Shown in pieces: positions 1-11,327 of a stretch of 64,000 nucleotides of DNA. The stretch comes from Macrostomum lignano. Taxonomy: Eukaryota. The notes beneath the pieces are model-generated. The model saw nothing but the letters and a program-made list of their open reading frames with translations, was not told the DNA's origin and ran no database searches. The DNA lies in NCBI GenBank assembly GCA_002269645.1, contig NIVC01001353.1, positions 1-64,000 on the forward strand, in the 5' to 3' direction. The position numbers were made by a program, and so were the translations under genes. Each line of letters opens with the position of its first letter. The first letter of the stretch is position 1.

Positions 1-3000
1 GGCGGCAGTCTGGACGATCTGGCCGCCAAGGCGGAGCTGTTCCTCGGCGGCGGTGCCGGCCCCAGTAGTGGCGTCGGCGGCTCCAAGCGGCGCCTGCGCG
101 TGTGACGACCCGGGCTCGAATCCGTGAGTCGGCGGCCCTGGCTATGGCCGAGGCGCTCCGGCTGCGACCGAAATCGTTCGACCACCTGCCGCCGGAGGCT
201 GTACTGCCGCATCTGCAGTACCTGTCCGTGGTGGAGCTCGCGGGGTGACGGCGGTCAATGGCAGTTCGCGCGGCGGTCACGAAGCACCTGCGGCTCACAA
301 GCGGATCAACTTCTGCAGCGGCCTGCCGTTCACCTTCCTGTCCGAGCGGCTGGACGATGCACGCTGAGCTCCGTGCTGGCACTCTGCCCTGAGGTGACGC
401 ACATCCTGGATTTTATCCCCGCCGGATTCTGCACCGGGCCCAGGTTGGCGGCAGCGCGCGCCCTGACCTACGCCGGCATCTGCAGGCGCTGAAGCAGTGC
501 AAGAAGCTCAAGTCCATCGAGATCATGGACGTCGCCTGATGTCGCGCATCTTCGCCACTTTTCCCCGGGTCAAATTTCACGGCATGTTTCGCAATCGGCC
601 GACGTCTGGGACTGCGAGCGCGCTTACGAGGGACGAGCCCGCTGCCCGGCAGCGCCAGCAAGCTGCTGCTTAATCCTCATATTAATAGCCTCACCAAGGT
701 GCTTCTATGGTGTTAGGGTTGCTTAGGGGCCCGCTTAGCATACGCCTGATCAGAGTACATCCACATTGTAATGAGGGGTGCAATTAGAAAAGGGGGGGGA
801 TTGAGTGCGCGACTGAGGAAAGAGGCGAGATTGAGCAGCCAATCAGAAGGCAGCGAAGTAGAGAGAAATAAGAATAACAAGACTGACAGAGAGGGTGAGA
901 AAACCGAGTAAACAGAGACGAGTGCAGATGAACTGAAGATATTGACTAGGAAAGTTGCAATCCGTCTAAAACACACCCATTTAAAGTACATCGCTCAAAG
1001 TACATCAGTTTAAAGTACATCCGCTCAAAGTACATCAGCTTAAAGTACTCTGCTCAAAGTACACCACTTAAGTTTTGCATCTGAAGATCAACTGTTGATA
1101 GACGAATTAAAGCATTTTCATTCTCGCTCAATTCCTCAGGTGGACTTGCAGTGCGTGTGCCTGAACGCCCTGCCCAAGATGGACTGCGTCCGCTACCTGT
1201 ACCTGAAGTGGGTCCGCTTCTCCGGCAACGATCCGTTCGGCAACTTCAGCGCCCCCAAACTGCAGACCTTCGTGATGAACAACTGCGCCGGGCCCAGCAA
1301 CGCCTTCCGCTACCTGCGGGTGTTCACCGCGGTTGCCAGGGCGCAGCAGCTGGCCCGCCTGGAGCTGGTCGGCCTGCGCTTCATCGGCGGCCTAGTTGAG
1401 CACATTGTCGACGAGATGAACGGCGAGTCAAGGAGTTTCCGAACTATGCAGAAACTGGTGCTGGCTGGCAACAAGGCCATCACGGAAATTGATGCCGGCT
1501 ACTTCCTGCTGGCCTCCTCCGCCTGTCTCGGCTGCGTCTGCCTGCAGAGCAGTCTGTGCAAGGACTCCCTGTTTGTGGCCCTGTGCCACTCCCAGCCCGT
1601 CTTTCCTAAACTGGACACCCTGGTGCTCGGCTACAGGGACCCCTGTCCGGATGTGGACAGGTAATTGCGCTTTCTGATTGCTTGTTGCCAGCACATGCAT
1701 TCCTCTGTTGATGGCACATTTTACCCTCCTATTCACTTCTCTTCTCTACCGTCTGCATCTCCTCCCTCCCTTGTCTCCTCTATGCTTTCTTCCCCTCTCC
1801 TGTCTTCTCTCTGCCCTCCTCCCCTCATGTCTCCTCCTCACTGCCCTCCCCCTCCCTGTCTTCTCTCTGCCCTCCTCCCCTCATGTCTCCTCATCACTGC
1901 CCTCCCCTCCCTGTCTTCTCTCTTCCCTCCTCCCCTCATGTCTCCTCCTCTCTGCCCTCCTCCCCCTCTCCTGTCTTCTCTCTGCCCTCCTCCCCTCCCA
2001 TGTCTTCTCCTCTCTGCCCTTTCCTCCTCCCATGTCTTCTCCTCTCTGCCCTCCCCTCCTCCCATGTCTTCTCCTCACTGCCCTCCCCCTCCCCTGTCTT
2101 CTCTCTGCCCTCCTCCCCTCATGTCTCCTCATCACTGCCCTCCCCCTCCCCTGTCTTCTCTCTTCCCTCCTCCCCTCATGTCTCCTCCTCTCTGCCCTCC
2201 TCCCCCTCTCCTGTCTTCTCTCTGCCCTCCTCCCTCCATGTCTTCTCCTCTCTGCCCTTTCCTCCTCCCATGTCTTCTCCTCTCTGCCCTCCCCTCCTCC
2301 CATGTCTTCTCCTCACTGCCCTCCCCTCCCCTGTCTTCTCTCTGCCCTCCCCTCCTCCCATGTCTTCTCCTCTCTGCCCTCCCCTCCTCCCATGTCTTCT
2401 CCTCTCTGCCCTCCCTCCTCCCATGTCTTCTCCTCTCTGCCCTCCCCTCCTCCCATGTCTTCTCCTCACTGCCCTCCCCCTCCCCTGTCTTCTCTCTGCC
2501 CTCCCCTCCTCCCATGTCTTCTCCTCTCTGCCCTCCCCTCCTCCCATGTCTTCTCCTCTCTGCCCTCCCCTCCTCCCATGTCTTCTCCTCTCTGCCCTCC
2601 CCTCCTCCCATGTCTTCTCCTCACTGCCCTCCCCCTCCCCTGTCTTCTCTCTGCCCCCTCCCCTCCTCCATGTCTTCTCCTCTCTGCCCTCCCTCCTCCC
2701 ATGTCTTCTCCTCTCTGCCCTCCCCTCCTCCCATGTCTTCTCCTCTCTGCCCTCCCCTCCTCCCATGTCTTCTCCTCTCTGCCCTCCCCTCCTCCCATGT
2801 CTTCTCCTCTCTGCCCTCCCCTCCTCCCATGTCTTCTCTCTGCCCTCCCCTCCTCCCATGTCTTCTCTCTGCCCTCCCCTCCTCCCATGTCTTCTCTCTG
2901 CCCTCCCCTCCTCCCATGTCTCCTCTCTGCCCTCCCCTCCTCCCATGTCTTCTCTCTGCCCTCCCCTCCTCCCATGTCTTCTCTCTGCCCTCCCTCCTCC

Positions 3001-6000
3001 CATGTCTTCTCTCTGCCCTCCCTCCTCCCATGTCTCCTCTCTGCCCTCCCCTCCTCCCATGTCTTCTCTCTGCCCTCCCCTCCTCCCATGTCTTCTCTCT
3101 GCCCTCCCCCTCCCCTGTCTTCTCTCTGCCCTCCTCCCCTCCCACGCATAGGAATCGCGTCCGCATTCAAAACCCCAATGCCACACAGCTCGAGTACTGA
3201 CTCTAGTGAGCGCTAACTGTCCCACTCCTCCCCATCCAGATCCCCATTCAGCGTGGAGCCGTCCGAGTATCCCTGCCTGATGACCGACTACGGCATGGCC
3301 TACGTTGGCCGCTGCTTCCGCCGGCTGGCCAGCCTCACCGTGTCCAGGGCGCCCTTCCTGACCGACCCGATGCGCTGGCTGGACCAGCCGATGCCGCTGT
3401 TCGAGGCCCTGCGCTGCCTCACCCTGGAGAAATGCCCCTGCATCAACCCCAACCGCCTGGGCGCCCTCATCATCCAGCTGCCCAACCTGGAGATGCTCGT
3501 GCTGCGCGACATGTTCGACCCGGCGCCGCGGGGCTGCGGCTTCCTCGGCCTCGCCGCCGGCCAGCAGTGGGGCATCTTCCCGCAGAGCGCGCCCACCACG
3601 ACTCCGTTCAGGGCTTCTTCGTGGCCAACCCGCCAGCCGGCCGCCTGCTGGCCGCCTTCCCCTACTTCCGCAACCGCCTGTTCGGACATCCGCCCGACGA
3701 TATCGCTGCCGCGGCGGCCGCCGCCATGCAGCTGCAGCATCAGCATCATCACCACCTGCACCAGCAGCACCTGCAGCCTCCGGCCTCGCCACCGCCCCCG
3801 CCGCCGCCGCCTGCGCCGCCCGTGCAGAATTCCCAGCAGCAGTCGGGCTCTTCCGCAACTTCAGCCGTCTCCTTCTACAGCCGCGGCGTCCAGACCTCCG
3901 TGCTGCCGCCCGAGGCTCCACCAGAGTCCAGCCAGCCCGCGCCGCCCCACCCCGCCGACGACCCGCATCCGGCCCGCCCGGCTTCCCCGCCGCCGCCTCC
4001 CCCGTCGTTCGGCGCTGCCGGCAACGGGCAAATCAGCGACGACCAGCCGGAGCCGACGTTTCAGCCAGACCAGCGCGACTTCTGGATGGCCCGCGACGTC
4101 TGTCTGGACACCCACGACCTTCGCATGCTGGAGCCCGAGGAGCCCGTCTGCCTCACCCTGCGCTCCGCCACGCTGCACGCTGTTCACCTGGAGCGTTGCG
4201 GCCTCACGTCACTGGTCTGCGCCGCCCCCAGGCTCCGCACCCTCACCACCGAGGCCTGTCCGCGGCTGCGCGACTTCCACCTGCACGCCAGCCGCTGCCT
4301 TCGCCGGGTCCGTGTGGTGGCCTGCGCCGCCTTCAATTACCGCCGGTTCTATCGCCAGCTGGCTGAGCTCATGGCCTCCAGGCGTGTCGATCAGCGCGAG
4401 TCCGGCGCCGGGGACGACAGTCTGAACGTCTGCTTCCGGCCGCTGGGCGAGTACGACCCGCTGGCCGAGCGGCTGCTGCTCCAGCTGCCCGGCGCCCACC
4501 TGCTGCTCACGCACGATTTCAAGGTGAGAATGCGGGCTGGTCGTTTTTGAAGCTTTAGTTTACCCAGCATTAGGTCAGGGGTCATATATTTAGCTAAATT
4601 TACCCAGCATGAGGTCAGAGGTCATATATTTAGCTAAGTTTACCCAGCATGAGGTCAGGGGTCATATATTTAGCTAAGTTTACCCAGCATGAGGTCAGGG
4701 GTCATATATTTAGCTAAGTTTACCCAGCATGAGGTCAGGGGTCATATATTTAGCTAAGTTTACCCAGCATTAGGTCAGGGGTCATATATTTAGCTAAGTT
4801 TACCCAGCATGAGGTCAGGGGTCATATATTTAGCTAAGTTTACCCAGCATGAGGTCAGGGGTCATATATTTAGCTAAGTTTACCCAGCATGAGGTCAGGG
4901 GTCATATATTTAGCTAAATTTACCCAGCATTAGGTCAGGGGTCATATATTTAGCTAAGTTTACCCAGCATGAGGTCAGGGGTCATATATTTAGCTAAGTT
5001 TACCCAGCATGAGGTCAGGGGTCATATATTTAGCTAAATTTACCCAGCATTAGGTCAGGGGTCATATATTTAGCTAAGTTTACCCAGCATGAGGTCAGGG
5101 GTCATATATTTAGCTAAGTTTACCCAGCATGAGGTCAGGGGTCATATATTTAGCTAAGTTTACCCAGCATTAGGTCAGGGGTCATATATTTAGCTAAGTT
5201 TACCCAGCATGAGGTCAGGGGTCATATATTTAGCTAAGTTTACCCAGCATGAGGTCAGGGGTCATATATTTAGCTAAGTTTACCCAGCATGAGGTCAGGG
5301 GTCATATATTTAGCTAAGTTTACCCAGCATTAGGTCAGGGGTCATATGACACTCATTGGCCTATTTTTACTTGGGGAGGGGTGGGGCAGCTGACCCCTTT
5401 GCCTTGACCTGCCCCTTACTCCATCATAGTATTAATGCTAGGGGACAGCAGCTGTCTTTTCAGCATCCCCCATTCCGCGGTGCTTGCATCTATAGTAGGT
5501 GTAAACAGAAATTTTCGTCTTCAAGTACTGCTAGTAGTTAACTAACTAGATGGCGAGGTACATTTACTATTACACACGCCGTTTACCCATTTTTCGTGTA
5601 CTGTGTGCGGCTGACCTTCATCACCCAGGAGCTCAAGCGCCGCGTTAACCAGCAGTTGAACTTTTCACTCCCTACGCATCCCCCTCTCGTGCAACCCCGC
5701 AGGGCCGCGACGCGGTGGACCGCGACCTGGACCGCCTGCAGTCGCATTTCCAGCAGATCTTCCGCGACATCATGCACTTCGCCGACAACCTCATCCGGCG
5801 CGACTACGTGAAGGAGACTCAGCCCAGCGACTCGCCTAGCAACCGGTTCGGGCACGGCCAGCTATTGCGATTCGAGTCCGGACACTCGGCCGAGGGTCAT
5901 CCGTACGACCTGCTGACCGACATACCCTGGATTGGCGAGTGCGGAGTGAACCCGTTCCCCAGCCTCACGGATGACGCGGACCAGCTGTACCAGAGCCTGG

Positions 6001-6110
6001 TGGAGACTCACGCCCTGGCCTGCTACAAGATGGCCAGCAGGGGGCTGTTCCTGCATGTGCAGTGCCGGGACCTGCGGGCCGCCCAGCCCGCCGCCGCCAG
6101 CGCCACCTAG
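1..6110 (+). CDS. FBXO38: F-box only protein 38-like (F-box/LRR), 5'-partial. Exons <1-698 (several indels), 1140-1660, 3252-4523 (1-nt frameshift near 3585-3610), 5703-6110
   Basis: F-box-like FDHLPPEAVLPHLQYLSVVEL near 178. Exon 2 YLYLKWVRF..LQTFVMNNCAGPSNAFRY..GGLVEHIVDE matches recalled FBXO38 HLYMKWVRL..LRTFVMRNCAGPTNSLKY..GGLIQHVVED. Exon 3 has MFDPAPRGC (cf. MFREPPKGC). GT/AG junctions at 699/1139, 1661/3251 and 4524/5702 are in compatible phases. TAG at 6108-6110. Confidence 0.88.
1790..3143. repeat. CT-rich minisatellite, ~31-34 nt unit (ctctctgccctcccctcctcccatgtcttctc), FBXO38 intron 2
   Basis: Directly visible tandem array. It explains the long ORFs 1665..3200, 1678..3216 and their antisense counterparts. 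Confidence 0.95.
4557..5347. repeat. Near-perfect 40-nt tandem repeat (gtcatatatttagctaagtttacccagcatgaggtcaggg), ~20 copies, FBXO38 intron 3
   Basis: Visible 40-nt periodicity with only g/t variants (gagg/tagg, aagt/aaat). Confidence 0.97.
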
Positions 6111-6798
6111 ACTCATTTCTAATTACCGATAGTTGTTTGCCATGGACTGCGAATCCAAGGACCCAGTCCACATCTTATCACTGTTTAATCATCGTTAATT
6201 TACTAATCTCTATAATAAATCTTTTTTTGTTGGATCCACGAATTTCTGGGTGGGGGATGGCGAAGTGGACAAATCCCACTGGTACACTGGAGTTTCTGTT
6301 GATATTCATTTTCGCCATACCCCAGCCACTCTACTCGTAGTAGTGACGGGGCAGTAGTATCTGCCGGTCACGCCGGGTTTAACTGAATTGTTTATTTTAC
6401 TGTGTAGTTTTTGATGTCACACTTTGCTGTTTGCCCCGCGATTACAATTGGTCCCCACATGAAGCTTCTGTCGCCTGTCTCCATTTTGATTGATTCTAAG
6501 TATTTAATGAGTTGTAATATTCATAATTTGTTATACTTTTTAATTCGATATTGACCTGTCTGACTATTAATAATACAGTATATATAGTATATTTGACTTC
6601 AACTTATTGTTATTAATATTAATTATTTCCTTCCTTATAAGCTGTCATCTCGCCCTCCCTTTATGCAAATATTTCTGCCTGTTCATCGCAACTAGAAAAA
6701 TCGCATTAAAATTTGAAACCTTGCTCGGAGCTACACACTCAAGACTGCAGTATCCCCTGCATAATGAATATTGCATACCGAATTCTGTACGCCATACT

Positions 6799-6812
6799 GT
6801 AGCCATGGTAAC
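6799..6812. promoter_or_regulatory. Candidate RFX X-box GTAGCCATGGTAAC, ~1 kb upstream of the DHRS11-like ATG
   Basis: Exact match to the X-box consensus GTHNYY-AT-RRNAAC. Function untested. Confidence 0.3.
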
Positions 6813-7249
6813 AGTTTGTTTACATCTATAACGCGCGCATCACTGATGAGCCTTTTGTTGGTGAATTTGTTTTTGTTATAAATTAATATCGATTTAAACA
6901 AATATATACATATAATTATATATATTAATTAATTTGACCTTCGCGGCATCGGCCTCAACAGTTTTCCTTGGCGCTGCTTCGCTTGTTTTAAAATATCTGT
7001 TCGTTCGACTTCGTGTTTTGCTTTGCTTTGAAAGAATTGCTTTTGCCAGATGCATCGCTTGCTGATTAGAGATTCAAATTTAATTGCCTGCAATTCAAAA
7101 TTTACTCAGGATATACTACTGTATATTGCATTAACAAGTAGCCATTATTCTTGAATCGATATCAACCTGACTCGAACTCGTTTGACCTGCATGAATTGAT
7201 GACTTGACTTGACCTCATTCAACATCAAACCATCACAACTGACGTCATT

Positions 7250-7640
7250 TGACCTTGAGCCACCTGACTCCTATTATCTTGAACCACTTGACCTCAGTTG
7301 ACCTCACTCCACCAATTTGACCTCACTTCATCCATCTGACCTCCCTTGACCTCACTTCACCAATTTGACCTCCCTTGACCTCACTCCACCCATCTGACCT
7401 CCCTTGACCTCACTCCAGTTGACCTCACTCCACCCATCTGACCTCCCTTGACCTCACTCCAGTTGACCTCACTCCACCCATCTGACCTCCCTTGACCTCA
7501 CTCCAGTTGACCTCACTCCACCCATCTGACCCCCCTTGACCTCAGGCTACTTGACTTTATTCCACCCATCTGACCCCCTTGACCTCACTCCACCCATCTG
7601 ACCCCCCTTGACCTCAGGCTAGTTGACTTTATTCCACTTG
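7250..7640. repeat. Degenerate tandem repeat (ttgacctcactccacccatctgacctccc)
   Basis: Visible tandem units upstream of the SDR gene. Confidence 0.85.
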
Positions 7641-7864
7641 ACCTTAAGTTTCGTAAGCAATTTGACCCTAAACGATCTGAACTTGCTTGACCCCAAAGAT
7701 CAGTTTTGCAGGCATCCAACACCAATGCGTTCAAGTAGTCACTCAAAGAAATTCGCTGAGGGCAAATCATTTGCCTGAAACCCGCAGCCAGCCCGCTTTC
7801 AGACCGAGCTCAGCGAGAGTTTAGCAATTTTCTGAAAGCTTATCAGGCCTATCAATCAGCACAG

Positions 7865-10412
7865 ATGGAGCGCTGGCGCGGCAGCTTGGCGGTAGTGACG
7901 GGCGCCAGCAGCGGCATCGGGGCCGCCGTCTGCGAGGCCCTCCTTGGCCACGGCGTCAACGTGGTGGGCGTGGCCCGCTCGGCCGATGCCATGGAGAAGC
8001 TGGCGGCCGGCTGGTCGGAGCAGCATCCCGGAGCCAGGTGCGCAAATTGATAGTGGGGAAGTGTGGGATGAAGGAGTGGGTGTGGGGTGAAGGAGTGGGT
8101 GTGGGATGAAGGAGTGGGTGTGGGATGAAGGAGTGGGTGTGGGATGAAGGAGTGGGTGTGGGATGAAGGATGAAGGAGTGGGTGTGGGATGAAGGAGTGG
8201 GTGTGGGATGAAGGATGGAGGAGTGGGTGTGGGATGAAGGAGTGGGTGTGGGATGAAGGAGTGGGTGTGGGGTGAAGGAGTGGGTGTGGGATGAAGGAGT
8301 GGGTGTGGGATGAAGGAGTGGGTGTGGGATGAAGGAGTGGGTGTGGGATGAAGGAGTGGGTGTGGGATGAAGGAGTGGGTGTGGGATGAAGGATGAAGGA
8401 GTGGGTGTGGGATGAAGGAGTGGGTGTGGGATGAAGGATGAAGGAGTGGGTGTGGGATGAAGGAGTGGGTGTGGGATGAAGGATGAAGGAGTGGGTGTGG
8501 GATGAAGGAGTGGGTGTGGGATGAAGGAGTGGGTGTGGGATGAAGGAGTGGGTGTGGGATGAAGGAGTGGGTGGGATGAAGGAGTAGGTGGGATGAAGGA
8601 GTGGGTGGGATGAAGGAGTGGGTAAGATGAAGGAGTGGGTGGGATGAAGGAGTGGGTGGGATGAAGGAGGGTGTGGGATGAAGGAGTGGGTGTGGGATGA
8701 AGGAGTGGGTGTGGGATGAAGGAGTGAGTGTGGGATGAAGGAGTGGTTGTGGGATGAAGGAGTGGGTGTGGGATGAAGGAGTGGGTGTGGGATGAAGGAG
8801 TGGGTGGGATGAAGGAGTAGGTGGGATGAAGGAGTGAGTGTGGGATGAAGGAGTGGGTGTGGGATGAAGGAGTGAGTGTGGGATGAAGGAGTGGTTGTGG
8901 GATGAAGGAGTGGGTGTGGGATGAAGGAGCGGGTGTGGGATGAAGGAGTGGGTGTGGGATGAAGGAGTGGATGTGGGATTAAGGGGATTAAGAAGTGGGT
9001 GTGGGATGAAGGAGTGGGTGTTCCAGCCTGCTGATCCACTAAGCCGGCCGGCAATCCCCAGGTTCAGTCCGTTTCCCTGCGACCTGTCCGACACTGCCCA
9101 GGTGGACTCGCTGATGCAGCGAGTGAAGGAGGCCCACGGCGACGCCTCAATCCTGGTGAACAACGCCGGTATGACGCGGCCGACCAGCCTGCTGCAGGGC
9201 AGCACCGCGGACTGGTCGCACATGCTGGCCGTCAACCTGCTGGCCGCCACTGCGCTGAGCCGCGACTTTCTGGCCGCCCTGCACGCCCGGAAGGCCGAAC
9301 AGGTTTGTGACGGGTAGCCTGTGCGCCTTTGGTGTCCGAGATCGCCAAGGTTGTGTCTGAGATTCCCAAGGGTGTGTCCGAGATTCCCAAGGGTGTGTCC
9401 GAGATTCCCAAGGGTGTGTCCGAAATTCCCAAGGGTGTGTCCGAGATTCCCAAGGATGTGTCCGAGATTCCCAAGGGTGTGTCCGAGATTCCCAAGGATG
9501 TGTCCGAGATTGCCTAGGGTGTGTCCAATATCCCTGAAGAGTCCAAGATCCCAAGGTGTCTAAGATCCCAAGGTGTCCGAGACCCCAAGCTGTCTGAGAT
9601 CCTGAGGTCCGAGATGATCTAGGGTGTCCGGGATCGCATGTTGTCCGAAAGTTAGGTATGCCCGAGTTTCCGTGGGCGTCCAAGATTCATTTGGGTATCC
9701 GAGATTGCGAGATTACTTAGGTGTTGGAGATGCACTATAAAATTCCACCATAGAGCCCGAGATTTCTCAGTGTCCAACAGTCTCTGAAATGTGTCCGGTA
9801 ATTTCTCAAGCGTGTCCGAAAATGTCCGGAATAGATAGACTCTCTAGTGTTGCTAAACTTTAACTACCAGCGCAATTTTTTAAGTTTGGAAGTTCATTCT
9901 AGGAGCAATACCACTGTTGCACATTCTGTAGTCTGATGTACATCTGGGGCGAATGCTTTGTCCTCATATCTATCGACCGATATGTATCGAAAAAAGAAAA
10001 TGTGACAGCCGCGCCCCTGTCCGCCATGCCGCCAGGGCCACGTGCTGAACATCGCCAGCCTGTCGGCCCACCGGGTTCCGGTTGCCATGGACACGGGGCC
10101 CAGCTTCGCCGAGCGCAACGGCCACTTCTACTCAGCCACGAAGTTCGCCCTGCGCGCCGTGGCTGACGGCACCCGCCTGGAGCTGCGCGCCCTCGGCTCC
10201 CGGCGCGCGTCACCAACATCAGCCCCGGCCTGGTTGACACGCCGTTCCACGCCAGTCTGACCACGCCCGGGCAGGCCGGCCGGCCGGGCGTCGCCGGTGT
10301 CCGCATGCTGCAGCCTGGCGACGTGGCCGACGCCGTCGTGTTCGCGCTGACCGCGCCGCAGCGAATGCAAGTCGACGACGTCCTCGTGCGGCCGACCGAC
10401 CAGCGGCTGTAA
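7865..10412 (+). CDS. DHRS11: Short-chain dehydrogenase/reductase, DHRS11-like. Exons 7865-8037, 9062-9302, 10036-10412 (1-nt frameshift near 10204)
   Basis: MERWRGSLAVVTGASSGIG (TGxxxGxG), LVNNAG, NIASLSAHRV, HFYSATK (YxxxK). After a -1 shift it reads RVTNISPGLVDTPF..LQPGDVADAVVFALTAPQRMQVDDVLVRPTDQRL*. Splice sites at 8038/9061 and 9303/10035 are in phase. Confidence 0.85.
8061..9019. repeat. G-rich 19-nt minisatellite (gggtgtgggatgaaggagt), SDR intron 1
   Basis: Visible array of about 50 units. It explains the HTHSFIP-type ORFs. Confidence 0.97.
9331..9640. repeat. 21-nt minisatellite (gggtgtgtccgagattcccaa), SDR intron 2
   Basis: Visible array that decays toward its 3' end. Confidence 0.92.
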
Positions 10413-10719
10413 ATCGCTGGCGCAAATTTTACTACTGATTCACTTATGTTTGTACTGCTAGCAAGTAGTGCAGTTGGAACATGTCAGTTTATATTGATTA
10501 AAAGATTCATTTTTGATCGTTGATTGATTTTTTAATTAAAAATCAGACAATAAAACCAACCTATAAAAGTCAATTCTGGATTTAATGGAAGGAGCTCAAC
10601 AACCAGCTTGTCTACGATCGAGAATTGCGAGTGTATATTTTTTCAGTCGAATCCCTGCATTTCTACTTCTGTTAGTGAGTAGCATCGATAGGCTTCAGTG
10701 CCTCCAGCTTGGTTTGCTC

Positions 10720-11290
10720 TGCCCCGCTGTCTCTCCCTCCCCCGCTGTCTGCCCCTCTCTCCTCGCTGTCTGCCCCTCTCCCCGCTGTCTCTCCCTCTCA
10801 TCCCCGCTGTCTCTCCCTCCCCCCGCTGCCCGCTGTCTGCCCCTCTCTCCCCGCTGTCTGCCCCTCTCCCCGATGTCTCTCCCTCCCCTCGCTGCCCGCT
10901 GTCTGCCCCTCTCCCCGATGTCTCTCCCTCCCCTCGCTGCCCGCTGTCTGCCCCTCTCCCCGATGTCTCTCCCTCCCCTCGCTGCCCGCTGTCTGCCCCT
11001 CTCCCCGCTGTCTCTCCCTCCCCCCGCTGCCCGCTGTCTGCCCCCTCTCTCCCCGCTGTCTGCCCGCTGTCTGCCCCTCTCATTCCCGCTGTCTCTCCCT
11101 CCCCCCGCTGCCCGCTGTCTGCCCCCTCTCTCCCCGCTGTCTGCCCCTCTCCCCGCTGTCTCTTCCTCCCCCCGCTGCCCGCTGTCTGCCCCTCTCTCCC
11201 CGCTGTCTGCCCCTCTCTCCCCGCTGTCTCTCCCTGTCATCCCCGCTGTCTCCCCCTCCCCCCGCTGTCTCCCTCTCTCTTCCCCGCTAT
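10720..11290. repeat. C/T-rich minisatellite (ccccgctgtctgcccctctct) between the convergent SDR and iGluR 3' ends
   Basis: Visible array just downstream of the iGluR stop codon. Confidence 0.92.
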
Positions 11291-11327
11291 CTGCCTCTTT
11301 CTCCAGCCCATCGAGAGTCCCGCTGAG

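Noticed and set aside
1665-3216. 500-aa Pro/Ser/Leu-rich ORFs and the antisense Gly/Arg/Glu ORFs
   Set aside because: They are translations of a stop-free intronic minisatellite lying between well-defined FBXO38 splice sites.
4557-5347. CRISPR-like regular 40-nt array
   Set aside because: Units are contiguous with no unique spacers, there are no cas genes, and the context is a eukaryotic intron. The same applies to all other arrays here.
6843-6866. Hammerhead-like CTGATGAG-stem-GAA
   Set aside because: The core reads GAAT rather than GAAA, and no stems I or III could be formed.
7852-9250. 400-460-aa His/Pro/Thr-rich minus-strand ORFs
   Set aside because: They are the antisense reading of the 19-nt intronic repeat.
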